Source: a virus
Taxonomy: Duplodnaviria > Caudoviricetes
IMG/VR virus record: IMGVR_UViG_3300028832_000095
Location: 1-64,000 of that record
Strand: one strand, 5' to 3'
Length of the DNA stretch: 64,000 nucleotides
Under the pieces are notes generated by a model. That model was not told the origin of the DNA. It made no database searches and saw only the letters and a program-made list of their open reading frames with translations. This document shows positions 8,751 through 18,333 of the stretch, one piece after another. Made by a program: the position numbers and the translations under genes. Each line of letters begins with the position of its first letter. The stretch's first letter is position 1.

Positions 8751-10531
8751 AGGAGGATATTGTTTTGGGTATTAGACAATTTTTTGAGGATGCCCTCAGA
8801 ATTAAAAGAAAGCCTGTTCCGGGTATAGATGCTACACTACCAATAGCTCCGGAAAAACAAGACCTGACATATAAACAGTTAATGTCAGGAGGTTCTGGAT
8901 CATTATTAGATACTGAAGCGATATCAAAATTCAGAACACTATCAACAAACAGACAAGAAAAGTATCAGGAGTTTGAAAATCTACTATCAGATGCCACTAT
9001 TGCGGCAGCTATTGAAATGTACGCCGATGATTCTACTCAATATAATTACAAGGATGGAAAAGTTATATGGGCGGAATCAGATGATGTAGATATTCAAAAA
9101 GCAGCGAATAGACTCATTGATATTCTAAGAATAAATGAAAAAGCGTGGACGCATATATATGCTCTATGTACCTATGGTGATGTTTATCTTAGATTATATC
9201 GTGACGGTGATATTTCTGACTATGCTGAAATGTATGATAGTACAAAAAGGGGTCAAGCTGTTGTTCGTGTAAAACCAAAAGACGGATCAAGAAAGATAGA
9301 AGAATATGTTGAGTATGTAGATGACCCCGCTACCATGTATGATTTACAGGAAAGAGATAAAACCTGTGGATTTGTAAGAGTTAGCGGAACACAAGATAGT
9401 GGTGATTCATCTGTTGCCGGAACATATTTATCCTCTTTTTCAAAAGCTGTAAATGTTAGCGACATTGATTTGTATGATGCCACTAGCTTTGTTCACATTT
9501 GCTTGTCTGGAAATATTGACCGTCATCCAGAACTAATGACCGTTACAGATTCTAAAACAGGCGTAACATCTGTATATAAAGTAAAAACAGGAAAATCTAT
9601 TTTAGCAGATGCATATCCGGCATCACAAACAGTTTCATTGCTTGAAGATAGTCTAATGTTAAACAGACTTACAAAATCTGCCCTTATACGAATTCTTCAA
9701 ATAGAAGTTGGTAATATGCCAAAGGCAGAAGCCGAATCTGTTTTAAGGCGTGTTAAAAACCTAATAGAACAGAAGATAGCCCTGAACAAACAAAATGGAC
9801 TTGTAGCATCATATAATTCACCCGGTCCTATGGAAAATGTTATCTACGTTCCTACAAAGGGAGGTAATGGTGTAATTACACCTACAAATCTAGGTGGAGA
9901 TGTAAATGTAAAAGATATAGTAGACATTGATTACTTCAATAATAAGAAACTATCAGCACTTAAAATACCAAAACAATACTTAAACTACGATGCTCCGGAA
10001 GGACTTGGTAATGGTACTTCTTTAACAAAATTAAGTTCAAGATATGCTCATACAGTAATGCGTATACAGAATGCCTATAAATCAGGAATCACTACTTTAT
10101 TAAATATAATTTTTGCTGATAAAGGTTTAGATTATATTAACAAATTTACATTAAAAATGGTATCTCCATCAACATTAGAGGATACAGAACGTGATGAACA
10201 GATTAACTCACGTTTAGATCAGGCATCATCTATTTTACAGATGCTACAAGATCTTGTTGATGAAGCTGGAATTAAGGAAGTTCTTGAATGGTTATTAAGT
10301 GATTATTTAAGTCTTTCTGATATTGCAGAAATAGTTAAAAAATACTCTGTTGATAGATCACCAGAAACAGGTGGTAATGGTAGTGACATGGATTTTGATA
10401 TTGACCTTCCAACAGGTTCTCCTTCTGGAGAAAGACAACCATTTGATATGGATATGTCTTCCGAAACAAGTTTTGAGTCTGAACCAATGGAAGAACCAAC
10501 ATCAGAACCTACTATTACACCAGAATCATAA
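8744..10531 (+). CDS. portal protein (T4 gp20-like)
   Basis: LEDSLMLNRL, IEVGNMPK, DIDYFNNKKLSALKIP motifs; follows terminase; start may be TTG 8765. Confidence 0.88.
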   Translation: MVKEDIVLGIRQFFEDALRIKRKPVPGIDATLPIAPEKQDLTYKQLMSGGSGSLLDTEAISKFRTLSTNRQEKYQEFENLLSDATIAAAIEMYADDSTQYNYKDGKVIWAESDDVDIQKAANRLIDILRINEKAWTHIYALCTYGDVYLRLYRDGDISDYAEMYDSTKRGQAVVRVKPKDGSRKIEEYVEYVDDPATMYDLQERDKTCGFVRVSGTQDSGDSSVAGTYLSSFSKAVNVSDIDLYDATSFVHICLSGNIDRHPELMTVTDSKTGVTSVYKVKTGKSILADAYPASQTVSLLEDSLMLNRLTKSALIRILQIEVGNMPKAEAESVLRRVKNLIEQKIALNKQNGLVASYNSPGPMENVIYVPTKGGNGVITPTNLGGDVNVKDIVDIDYFNNKKLSALKIPKQYLNYDAPEGLGNGTSLTKLSSRYAHTVMRIQNAYKSGITTLLNIIFADKGLDYINKFTLKMVSPSTLEDTERDEQINSRLDQASSILQMLQDLVDEAGIKEVLEWLLSDYLSLSDIAEIVKKYSVDRSPETGGNGSDMDFDIDLPTGSPSGERQPFDMDMSSETSFESEPMEEPTSEPTITPES

Positions 10532-10630
10532 GATAAGTTATTATGTTAAACCCATAAAATCAACAATAAGGAAATTATACTATCTCCTTATTGTTGATTA
10601 TTGGGTGCCTAATATTTGGAGGATAAAATA

Positions 10631-11077
10631 ATGCTAGCAAGCAAGCATGAGTGTTTTAACATTCTGAGAGATCTTGAACAAGAAGGATATAATATATCCG
10701 AAGATATCAAAGTAGTTATGCAGAATAAAACGCCAAAAAGTGTTGTAAATGTTCTTAAAGAACAGAAAAACCCTGTAATAGATTTCTATACAATGCTAAA
10801 TAACAAAGCACATAAAATCATAAAAGAGATTTTAACTTGTGATGGAAAACCCATAAATAACTATATTAAAATAGCAACCAGTATCATAACTCAAAGTGCG
10901 ATCACTCTTGAACATTGCTTTGAAGATGATGTGGATGGTCAGAATGTGTTTATAAAAAATATGGGATTGGAAAACTTATCCAAAGGATTGTATGAATATT
11001 TTTCAACAGGAGATTACACTTTATTAGTTGATTCTGTTTTAGCTAATAAAGAAGACGTTAAATCTATATTAGATTGA
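10631..11077 (+). CDS. hypothetical protein in head module
   Basis: GGAGG RBS; lies between portal and protease. Confidence 0.7.
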   Translation: MLASKHECFNILRDLEQEGYNISEDIKVVMQNKTPKSVVNVLKEQKNPVIDFYTMLNNKAHKIIKEILTCDGKPINNYIKIATSIITQSAITLEHCFEDDVDGQNVFIKNMGLENLSKGLYEYFSTGDYTLLVDSVLANKEDVKSILD

Positions 11078-11129
11078 TACGTTTTCTTTTTTACATATAT
11101 TTATTATATGAAGAAAGGGGTGATACACG

Positions 11130-12836
11130 ATGGGAAAGAAAGTCTTAATTGAGACTAGAATGAATTCATTAAAGCTGAATGAAAGTAAAGCCCCTAAAAA
11201 GGGTTGCCTTGGTAGACTTGAAGGTGTATGTGCAGATTTTAAGAATCCAACAAGAAATGGACGTTTATATCCAATAAATCTTTGGAAAAAGGTTTTTGAT
11301 GATTCTTTGTTTAAGGAATCACTTCAAAACAAAACTCTTTTCGGAGAATTGGATCACCCAGAGGATAGATTTGAACCACTAATCTCCGAAGCCTGTGTTG
11401 TTATGACTGATTACACGATTGATGAAGATAAAGGTTTAATTTATGGTGGTTTTGATATTCTGGATACACCAAAAGGAAGAATCCTTAAAAGCATTGTAGA
11501 CTATGGCAGTGTTGTAGGTGTATCAAGTAGAGGTCAGGGTGATATTATAGAATCTGCTGACGGCGAACGTGTAGATGAAGACTCTTATGAGTTTGCTTGT
11601 TTTGATGTTGTATCTACACCAGCAGTTGAAAAGGCACGACAAAATGTTATGGAATCCATTAAGAGGGTTAAAGATGTTAGCTTTAAGGAATCCATTAACA
11701 AACAGATTGAGGATGCAGAAACAGTTGCAGACCTTAATATTATTAGGTCGGTTGTCAGATCCTCAAACTTAAAAGAATCCGAAATGGATACTATTATAGA
11801 ATCCATTGAAGATAGATGTGAAACCTTACAAAAGGTAGACAAGACTATTGTTGCCAGTGAGGAAGATTCTACAAAAACTCTTAAAGAATCTGCTAAGACT
11901 ATTAGAGATAACAAAAAGCTGTATAGCTGTATTAGGAGTTTACGTTCTCAGGTAAATGCTTATAAACATAGGGAATCAAGATATGTTGACACTATTCAAG
12001 AGAATAAGCAACAGATTGATAACTTAAAGCAAAAACTTAGAGAGCAGAGAAAACGTGTTGCTGAATCTGTAAAGAAACAGGAACATCAAGATCGGGTTCT
12101 AACAGAAAGAATTAGATCAAATAATTCTAGTCTTAATGAATCCAAAAAGACAATTTCAGAACTTAGAAGAAGAAATTCTATGCTGTCAGAACAGTATAAC
12201 AATCTAACAAATACATCACAAATGTATAAAGACAAGTTAGATTCAAAGTCAAAGCAGTTAGATAGTTTGAATGAGGAAGTTTCAAAACTTAATGAAAAAC
12301 TTTCTAAGTCCTCACAAAGAGTGACATATCTTGAAGGTCTTTTAGATAAGTCACAGGTAGAACATTCAACAGAAATCAACTCACTTGACAAAGAAGTTTC
12401 TGATTATTCTTCTTTACTACAAGAAGCACAGCAACGCTTAGAATCTAAAACATCAACAATTAAAGAACTAAGTGAATCTGTAACAAAACTAAAAGAAGAA
12501 AATGAAAAGAATAAGTCTTTAACACAAGCACTTATGACTCAAGTTGGTAATTATCAAAAACAGCTTGTAGAGAATTTAGCAAACACACATGACGTTGATC
12601 CTTCAATAGTTATGAAAAGTGTTACACCAAAGACAACTCCACAAGGGGTTAAGAAATTGGTAGAGAGTGTAAGAGACAAGATGGATAGGTACAACCAACT
12701 TCCAATTTCTTCAAATAGCATAACAGATTCAGATAATGTTATTTTAGAGAAGTTTTCAAAATCTTCTATGTCAGATGATGAAAAGGAAGATTTAAGACTA
12801 AGCAATTTTATTGAAGCCGTTTCAAATTCTATGTAA
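11130..12836 (+). CDS. prohead protease (T4 gp21-like) fused to long coiled-coil scaffold
   Basis: NGRLY, GELDHP, GVSSRGQG, FDVVSTPA motifs; C-terminal ~380 aa coiled coil rich in xxES motifs. Confidence 0.88.
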   Translation: MGKKVLIETRMNSLKLNESKAPKKGCLGRLEGVCADFKNPTRNGRLYPINLWKKVFDDSLFKESLQNKTLFGELDHPEDRFEPLISEACVVMTDYTIDEDKGLIYGGFDILDTPKGRILKSIVDYGSVVGVSSRGQGDIIESADGERVDEDSYEFACFDVVSTPAVEKARQNVMESIKRVKDVSFKESINKQIEDAETVADLNIIRSVVRSSNLKESEMDTIIESIEDRCETLQKVDKTIVASEEDSTKTLKESAKTIRDNKKLYSCIRSLRSQVNAYKHRESRYVDTIQENKQQIDNLKQKLREQRKRVAESVKKQEHQDRVLTERIRSNNSSLNESKKTISELRRRNSMLSEQYNNLTNTSQMYKDKLDSKSKQLDSLNEEVSKLNEKLSKSSQRVTYLEGLLDKSQVEHSTEINSLDKEVSDYSSLLQEAQQRLESKTSTIKELSESVTKLKEENEKNKSLTQALMTQVGNYQKQLVENLANTHDVDPSIVMKSVTPKTTPQGVKKLVESVRDKMDRYNQLPISSNSITDSDNVILEKFSKSSMSDDEKEDLRLSNFIEAVSNSM

Positions 12837-12872
12837 CTTGAAAATTTTATAATGAAAGGATTGTAAATTATT

Positions 12873-13706
12873 ATGGCATCTATGATTAACGAAGCCCTGC
12901 TTGAAAATCAGGCAAAGGGTAAAAAACTAATCGAAAGATTCAGCAGAAATATTCGTATTGCTGAGTCCGTACAGAAGAAGAAGGGTAGCACCCTTACACT
13001 TGAGAAGAAGATGGCTCTTGCACAGGTTCTTTCAAACACTCAGCAGAGACTTGCTGAGGCTACTAATTCCTCTAACATTCCTAGCAAGACATTCTTTATG
13101 GATATGCTGACCGCAGTTGTTCCAAACCTTATCGCTCCTGATATCGTTTCTACTCAGGCTCTTGAGTCTAAGGCAGGTATGATTTCTTACCTCCGTTTCT
13201 CCTATGGTACTGATAAAGGAACTGTCAGTGCAGGTCAGATGTTTAACAACTCCCTTTACACCGGACAGTCCAACACCTATTATTCTTCCAGAACAATTGA
13301 TGAGGAGCCTGTTGCAACTGGTGTGAACTTTGAGTTTGTTCCAATTCTCCCAAAGACTATTGTTATTTCACTTCCAGATGGTACTCGTTATGTTGATGAC
13401 GGTACTGGTAATCTTGTTGATCCACTAACTGCAACTCAGGTTGGTACTATTGACTATGCAACTGGTGCTTTCACTTGTGCATCTGCTACTGATGGCACAA
13501 CTGCTACATATGAGTACAACAATGAGCAGGTTCCGGATCTTAACGTTCCAGAGATCAATATGTCTCTCGCACAGATTCCAGTTTATGCAAAGAGCAGAAA
13601 ACTTGCTGCTTACTGGGGCTTTGATGCAGCTTATGATCTTAAACAGCAGTATGGTACTGAGATTCTTGATGTTATGTCCACTCAGGCTGCTGGTGAGATT
13701 GCCCAT
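12873..13706 (+). CDS. major capsid protein (T4 gp23-like), exon 1
   Basis: VPNLIAPDIVSTQ, AKSRKLAAYW, DLKQQYG, GEIAH; joins exon 2 as GEIAH|EIDMEVI. Confidence 0.92.
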
Positions 13707-14726
13707 AAACAACTTGTGGCTTAATCTGGTGACAGATTATGAAAAACCATGTGAATTTCTGGAAAAGCATATAAGAAGTCATATCACTTATATGCCAATC
13801 AGAAGCCAAGATAATTATAATTGAGGTAGTTTATATGTATGGTTACATTTACATGACAACAAATAATATCAATGGCAGAAAATATATCGGTCAGAAAAAA
13901 TCTAATAAGTTTCTCAATGAAAAGTATTTAGGTTCTGGAAAGATACTGAAACAAGCTATTGAATTATATGGAAAAGAGAATTTTTCAGTTCAATTGTTAT
14001 GTGAATGCGAATCAAAAGAAGAGCTTGACAGAATGGAAGTTTATTATATTTCAAAGTACAATGCAAAAGATAGCAGAGAATTTTATAATATATGTAAAGG
14101 TGGAGAAGCCGGACCTGGTGGAGATAAGTTCAGAGGTCATAAGCATACAAATGAAACAAGAGAGCTTATGAGTAAAAACAGATCTGGTGAAAAGAATTCA
14201 AACTATGGAAACCATTGGAAATATAATGAAGTTCAATTAGAGAATAGACGAAAACTTATGTCAGGCTCAGGTAATCCGATGTATGGTAAAAAACAATCGG
14301 ATGAGACAAAGAAAAAGATAAGTGATAAACTTAAAGGAAGATTAAATGGAAAAACAAGAGTTACAAACGGAGAAATAAATAAATTCATTGATGTTTGCGA
14401 TCTTGCCTATTATGAATCTTTAGGATATCACAAAGGTATTTGTCGAAAGTCAAAATAAACTACAAAATTATAATTATAAGGTTCAGAGACTATCGAAAGC
14501 TAGACAATCGCATTTGTAGAAATACATAAACACATAAGCAGATGTGGGCGATTTGAAAATAAGGCTATTATAGCACGAAGCAAGTAGAGTAGGATTTAGT
14601 AAATCCGAAGTGCATGGGTTCTCATATATTTGGTAATAGAATATTTGAGAATGTGATATAGTCCGATCTATACAAAATACATAATGTATAGAGAACTATG
14701 GGAAACGCATAGTTCGTAACATAATG
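13707..14726 (+). ncRNA. group I intron 1 of capsid gene (carries GIY-YIG endonuclease gene)
   Basis: 5' exon ends in U pairing with IGS GUGG (13716-19); Q AATCAGAAGCCAAG, R GTTCAGAGACTA, S GATATAGTCC; ends in G14726; in-frame junction. Confidence 0.88.
13835..14458 (+). CDS. GIY-YIG homing endonuclease with NUMOD3-like repeats (intron-encoded)
   Basis: GYIY...KYIG, YLGSG, FYN; HKHTNETRELMS and KKQSDETKKKIS repeats. Confidence 0.9.
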   Translation: MYGYIYMTTNNINGRKYIGQKKSNKFLNEKYLGSGKILKQAIELYGKENFSVQLLCECESKEELDRMEVYYISKYNAKDSREFYNICKGGEAGPGGDKFRGHKHTNETRELMSKNRSGEKNSNYGNHWKYNEVQLENRRKLMSGSGNPMYGKKQSDETKKKISDKLKGRLNGKTRVTNGEINKFIDVCDLAYYESLGYHKGICRKSK

Positions 14727-15102
14727 GAGATTGATATGGAAGTTATCAGCAAACTCTATCAGGGTGCTGCTGCTGGTCCAGAACTTACTTGGTCTAAGAT
14801 TCCACCTCACGGTGTAAATGCACTTGACCACTATGATTCCTTCTTTGTAAGACTTACAGAGGGTGCAAACATTATCTTTGGTGCAACCCAGAGAGTTCAG
14901 CCGAACTTCATTGTTTGTGGTATCAATGTTGCTGCTGTTATTGAAGTTATGAGAAACTTTGATGGTACTGGTGCATCTGATGCAGTTGGTCCTCACTTCA
15001 TTGGTACTCTTGGTGGTAAGTACAAAGTTTATGTTGCTCCTAACATGGGTGAGGATACCTTTGTTATGGGTTATAAGGGTACAAACTTCCTCGAAGCTGG
15101 AT
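14727..15102 (+). CDS. major capsid protein, exon 2
   Basis: EIDMEVI...NFIVCG...GTLGGKYKVYV...GYKG: gp23 family. Confidence 0.9.
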
Positions 15103-15502
15103 TAACGGATTATGCCGTTGCTGCGTAATACAAGTCCAGGGTAAACCTCGTGAACTGCTGGAAAGCTCGTAAGTGAGTCAATCAGCAGCCAAGCACTATT
15201 GAATAAATAGTGAAGGTTCAACGACTATCGAAAGCTAAACAACCACATTTACAGAAATGTATAAATAGTTGTTACTAGGTGGTTTGAAAATAAGGTTATA
15301 AATATAACACGAAGCAAGTAGAGTACAGCCTTTATTAAAAAGGTTAGCCGTAAAATGATATTAGTTTTACATAAGTCTGTTAAATGGAAGTGCGAGGGTT
15401 TCTATTAGCTTGGTAACAGAGTTGATAGATTCATGATATAGTCTGATCCCCATAGTGATATGGGAAATATACACTATATTACAAAGTGTATAAACATAAA
15501 TG
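15103..15502 (+). ncRNA. group I intron 2 of capsid gene (ORF-less, 400 nt)
   Basis: IGS AUACAA-GUCCAG pairs with CUGGAU|UUGUAU (U.G at splice site); P/Q/R/S core TGCTGGAAA, AATCAGCAGCC, GTTCAACGACTA, GATATAGTCT; ends in G15502; junction gives EAGFVYAPY. Confidence 0.92.
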
Positions 15503-15645
15503 TTGTATACGCACCGTATATTCCTGTTTGCACAACAGACCTTCTTATGCCAGCAGATTTCCGTGGTCAGCAAGGTTATGCTACCAGTTATGGTATGAAA
15601 ATGATTAACGGAAAAATGTATCTTAGAGGCAGAATAACAGGTTGA
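15503..15645 (+). CDS. major capsid protein, exon 3 plus C-terminal copy A (used if intron 3 is not spliced)
   Basis: FVYAPY-IPVCTTDLLMPADFRGQQGYATSYGMKMINGKMYLRGRITG*; total protein 450 aa. Confidence 0.85.
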
Positions 15646-16957
15646 TAGCAAACAATAAGGTATGTACCTTCATATAGTGATATATGATTGTAGTAACAAA
15701 GGTGAATTCAGGGAACATCCTTAGAGCTTAAACTACCAAGCATATACAGTAATGTGTATGTGGATGAAGTAATTACTCATGTACGGTAACAAGGTTTAAG
15801 ATTGGATAACCACTGAGCCAAGCATCCAATTTGTTTTTGGATGAAGGTGCAACGACTATGGGGTGGTGCCCAGTAGGTTCAAATGAACCGAAGTTCCTTT
15901 GGGCTTTGTTTGTAAAGAACAAAGTTTATGATATAGTCTAGCCTTAGTTGATACGAAATTCAACAACCTATTAAATAGGTTTCCGAAAGGATGAGCATCT
16001 TAAAAATGACTGAGAGGTTTATATGATAAAATGCTGTGTATGTGGGCAAACGGTGACATCTAAACGTGGTTTAGCGTTTCATGTGAAGAAACATGATATA
16101 CAGTCTGTTGATGATTATATTAAAATGTTTCCAGATGAAGAACAAACACTGAATCCAAGCATAGATGGACTACTTAGCTGCCCGATTTGCGGAAAGAAAA
16201 ACTTGAAACAACTCACACAACATTTGACATGGATTCACGGATTATCACGATCTGAATTTGAAACTAATTACCCAGAGCAGATATTGTTTATTCCAGAAAT
16301 AAGCGATAGATGTAAAAAAGCGACTGCAATAGGTCACGAAAAATATCTTGAAAATGTAAAAAACAATCCTGAACGATATAAGAAAACCTACCTTGAACGC
16401 GCTGCAAAGATTCGTGAACGATATCCGAACTTAGGAAATCGTATATCGAATAAACTAAGAGAGAATGGAACGTATGCCAGACTTTCCGACATAACGAGAA
16501 AAAAATGGAACGACGAATCTTATCGCAGAATGCAATCAGAAAAGTGCAAAAATCAACATAAGAACGGTTTAACTGAAATAGTTGTTAAGAAATCTTGTAA
16601 TAAAAATTACGTTAAATTTGCTACATTTAATGGAAAGACATATAGATTCCGATCCTCATACGAGTTGAAGTTCGCTGAAATATTGAATAATCTTGGCATT
16701 TCATTCATGTACGAGGAGTTAAAAATAAATTATTTTTATAATGGATTGTTTCATACATACTACCCTGATTTTGCAATACCAAACACGAATATTGTGTTTG
16801 AGGTAAAGCCATATTTTAGAATTCAAACAAAAATGAATCAGGCAAAACAAAGATACTGCGTAGAAAATGGGTATAGTTTTAGATACATAACAGAGTACGA
16901 ACTAAATAATCCAGAATCAATAAATCTCAAAGGATGTTTTTAAGCGTAATAAAAGCA
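15520..16957 (+). ncRNA. group I intron 3 of capsid gene; 5' part holds a duplicate terminal exon, P9 region holds an endonuclease gene
   Basis: Core at ~15700-15940 (GAATTCAGGGAA, CTGAGCCAAGC, GTGCAACGACTA, GATATAGTCT); IGS AGGUAU-GUAC 15658-67 pairs with GUAU|AUGCCU; boundaries inferred. Confidence 0.75.
16023..16943 (+). CDS. intron-encoded putative homing endonuclease: C2H2 zinc fingers plus PD-(D/E)XK nuclease
   Basis: CCVC..HVKKH, CPIC..HLTWIH; RSSYE...YYPDF...FEVK. Confidence 0.8.
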   Translation: MIKCCVCGQTVTSKRGLAFHVKKHDIQSVDDYIKMFPDEEQTLNPSIDGLLSCPICGKKNLKQLTQHLTWIHGLSRSEFETNYPEQILFIPEISDRCKKATAIGHEKYLENVKNNPERYKKTYLERAAKIRERYPNLGNRISNKLRENGTYARLSDITRKKWNDESYRRMQSEKCKNQHKNGLTEIVVKKSCNKNYVKFATFNGKTYRFRSSYELKFAEILNNLGISFMYEELKINYFYNGLFHTYYPDFAIPNTNIVFEVKPYFRIQTKMNQAKQRYCVENGYSFRYITEYELNNPESINLKGCF

Positions 16958-17083
16958 ATGCCTATACTTTCCACCGACCTCTTAATGCCTGCTGACTTCC
17001 GTGGACAGCAAGCTTATGCAACATCTTACGGTATGAAGATGATCAATGGTAAGATGTATCTCCGTGGTAGAATTACTGGTTAA
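16958..17083 (+). CDS. major capsid protein, terminal exon copy B
   Basis: MPILSTDLLMPADFRGQQAYATSYGMKMINGKMYLRGRITG*; 36/41 identical to copy A; absent from the ORF track. Confidence 0.82.
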   Translation: MPILSTDLLMPADFRGQQAYATSYGMKMINGKMYLRGRITG

Positions 17084-17100
17084 TTTCTATCCTATTGAAT

Positions 17101-17137
17101 GTGGTTATGTGGCATTTCAACTATGCCACATAACTAC
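17101..17137 (+). terminator. stem-loop after capsid gene (terminator or mRNA stabiliser)
   Basis: GTGGTTATGTGGCAT / ATGCCACATAACTAC. Confidence 0.7.
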
Positions 17138-17177
17138 TGTAAAATAAAAAATATTTTAATTGAAAGGACGATTCTAT

Positions 17178-17750
17178 ATGGCACTTACTACTTATACCGT
17201 TACGATTACCAATCAGAATACTGATCCAAGAGTAATCGCAGGTACTGTTGATACTACTGTTATTTCTCCAACTGGTATCACTACTCCTCAGACTCCTTTT
17301 GAAGAGTACATTTCTGATAGCCAGACAATCAATGACGGTTCTATCCTAGTTCCACTTTTCCAGAAGTTCTTTGATTTCAAGTTAAAGGCATCCTCTATTC
17401 TTACTCTTACTACTGAGGATAGTGAGGAAGCTGCTTACTACTCCAATCTTAAACTTGATGGAGCACTTGTTGCTGTTACCACTGATCCTGTTGTCACTGT
17501 TAGTGTTACACTTTCCGAGACTACTGCTGAGATCACCACTAATGGCGGTACAAAGGCACTTTCTGCTACCACAACTCCTGCTTCCGGTGTTACTGTTACA
17601 TGGGCATCTTCTGATGAGACTGTTGCAACTGTATCCAGTGGAACTGTTACCGCAGTTGGTAATGGTACTGCCGTTATTACTGCAACTGGTACTATTGATG
17701 GTGTAACCGCTATTGCTACTTGCACTGTTACTGTTTCCGGTCAGTCTTAA
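17178..17750 (+). CDS. Ig-like (Big_2) domain virion decoration protein
   Basis: VTWASSDETVATVSSGTVTAVGNGTAVITAT motif; directly after the capsid gene. Confidence 0.85.
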   Translation: MALTTYTVTITNQNTDPRVIAGTVDTTVISPTGITTPQTPFEEYISDSQTINDGSILVPLFQKFFDFKLKASSILTLTTEDSEEAAYYSNLKLDGALVAVTTDPVVTVSVTLSETTAEITTNGGTKALSATTTPASGVTVTWASSDETVATVSSGTVTAVGNGTAVITATGTIDGVTAIATCTVTVSGQS

Positions 17751-17862
17751 TTAAATTGGATTAGAGTAAATCACTCTTTTCTGATAGGTATAGGTGTGGG
17801 TGTTCCTCCAGCCCACACCTTAACCGTAAATTGATTGGAGGATTTCTAAAGTGGAGGAACAT

Positions 17863-18333
17863 ATGAAAATTGCTGTAAGAAATCTAAAAAATTCACATCA
17901 TACAATAAGCAGAATAAATGGACAGGTTATCAATATTGAACCGAATAGCTTTATTATTTTAGATACTGATGATGAAGCAGAAGTTCAATATTGGTTAAAC
18001 TGTGATAAGAAGGTTCTGAAAAGATGTGGTTTGTCTGTTGTGACAGATGACAGACAGATAAATAGTTTAGCATCAAGTGTTGGTGTTTCTATAAAGAAAG
18101 ACGTATCTGTGGTCGATGGATTTGCTTCTCCGATTGTTGAAGAAGAATCTAAAACAGTTATTAAAGAGAGCACAAATGTTGAGCAGAATGATAATCCTTA
18201 TTCTGAAGAATCCTTATTGAAAATGGATAAGGAAGATCTATTTAATTTGTGTGATAACTTTAATATCAAATATAAAAGAAGCAACTCTGTGAAGACTTTG
18301 GTTAATTTGATTCTGGGAAGTGGTAAAGTATGA
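17863..18333 (+). CDS. hypothetical protein with C-terminal HeH/Rho-N-like motif
   Basis: YSEESLLKMDKEDLFNLCDNFNIKY. Confidence 0.6.
   Translation: MKIAVRNLKNSHHTISRINGQVINIEPNSFIILDTDDEAEVQYWLNCDKKVLKRCGLSVVTDDRQINSLASSVGVSIKKDVSVVDGFASPIVEEESKTVIKESTNVEQNDNPYSEESLLKMDKEDLFNLCDNFNIKYKRSNSVKTLVNLILGSGKV

Noticed and set aside
12873-15645. Capsid fragments as pseudogene or assembly frameshifts
   Set aside because: The gaps contain complete group I cores with matching guide sequences, and the exons join in frame.
15520-17083. Duplicated capsid C-terminus as a DGR template/variable repeat pair
   Set aside because: Differences are synonymous third-position changes of all types, not adenine-specific, and no reverse transcriptase is present in the window.
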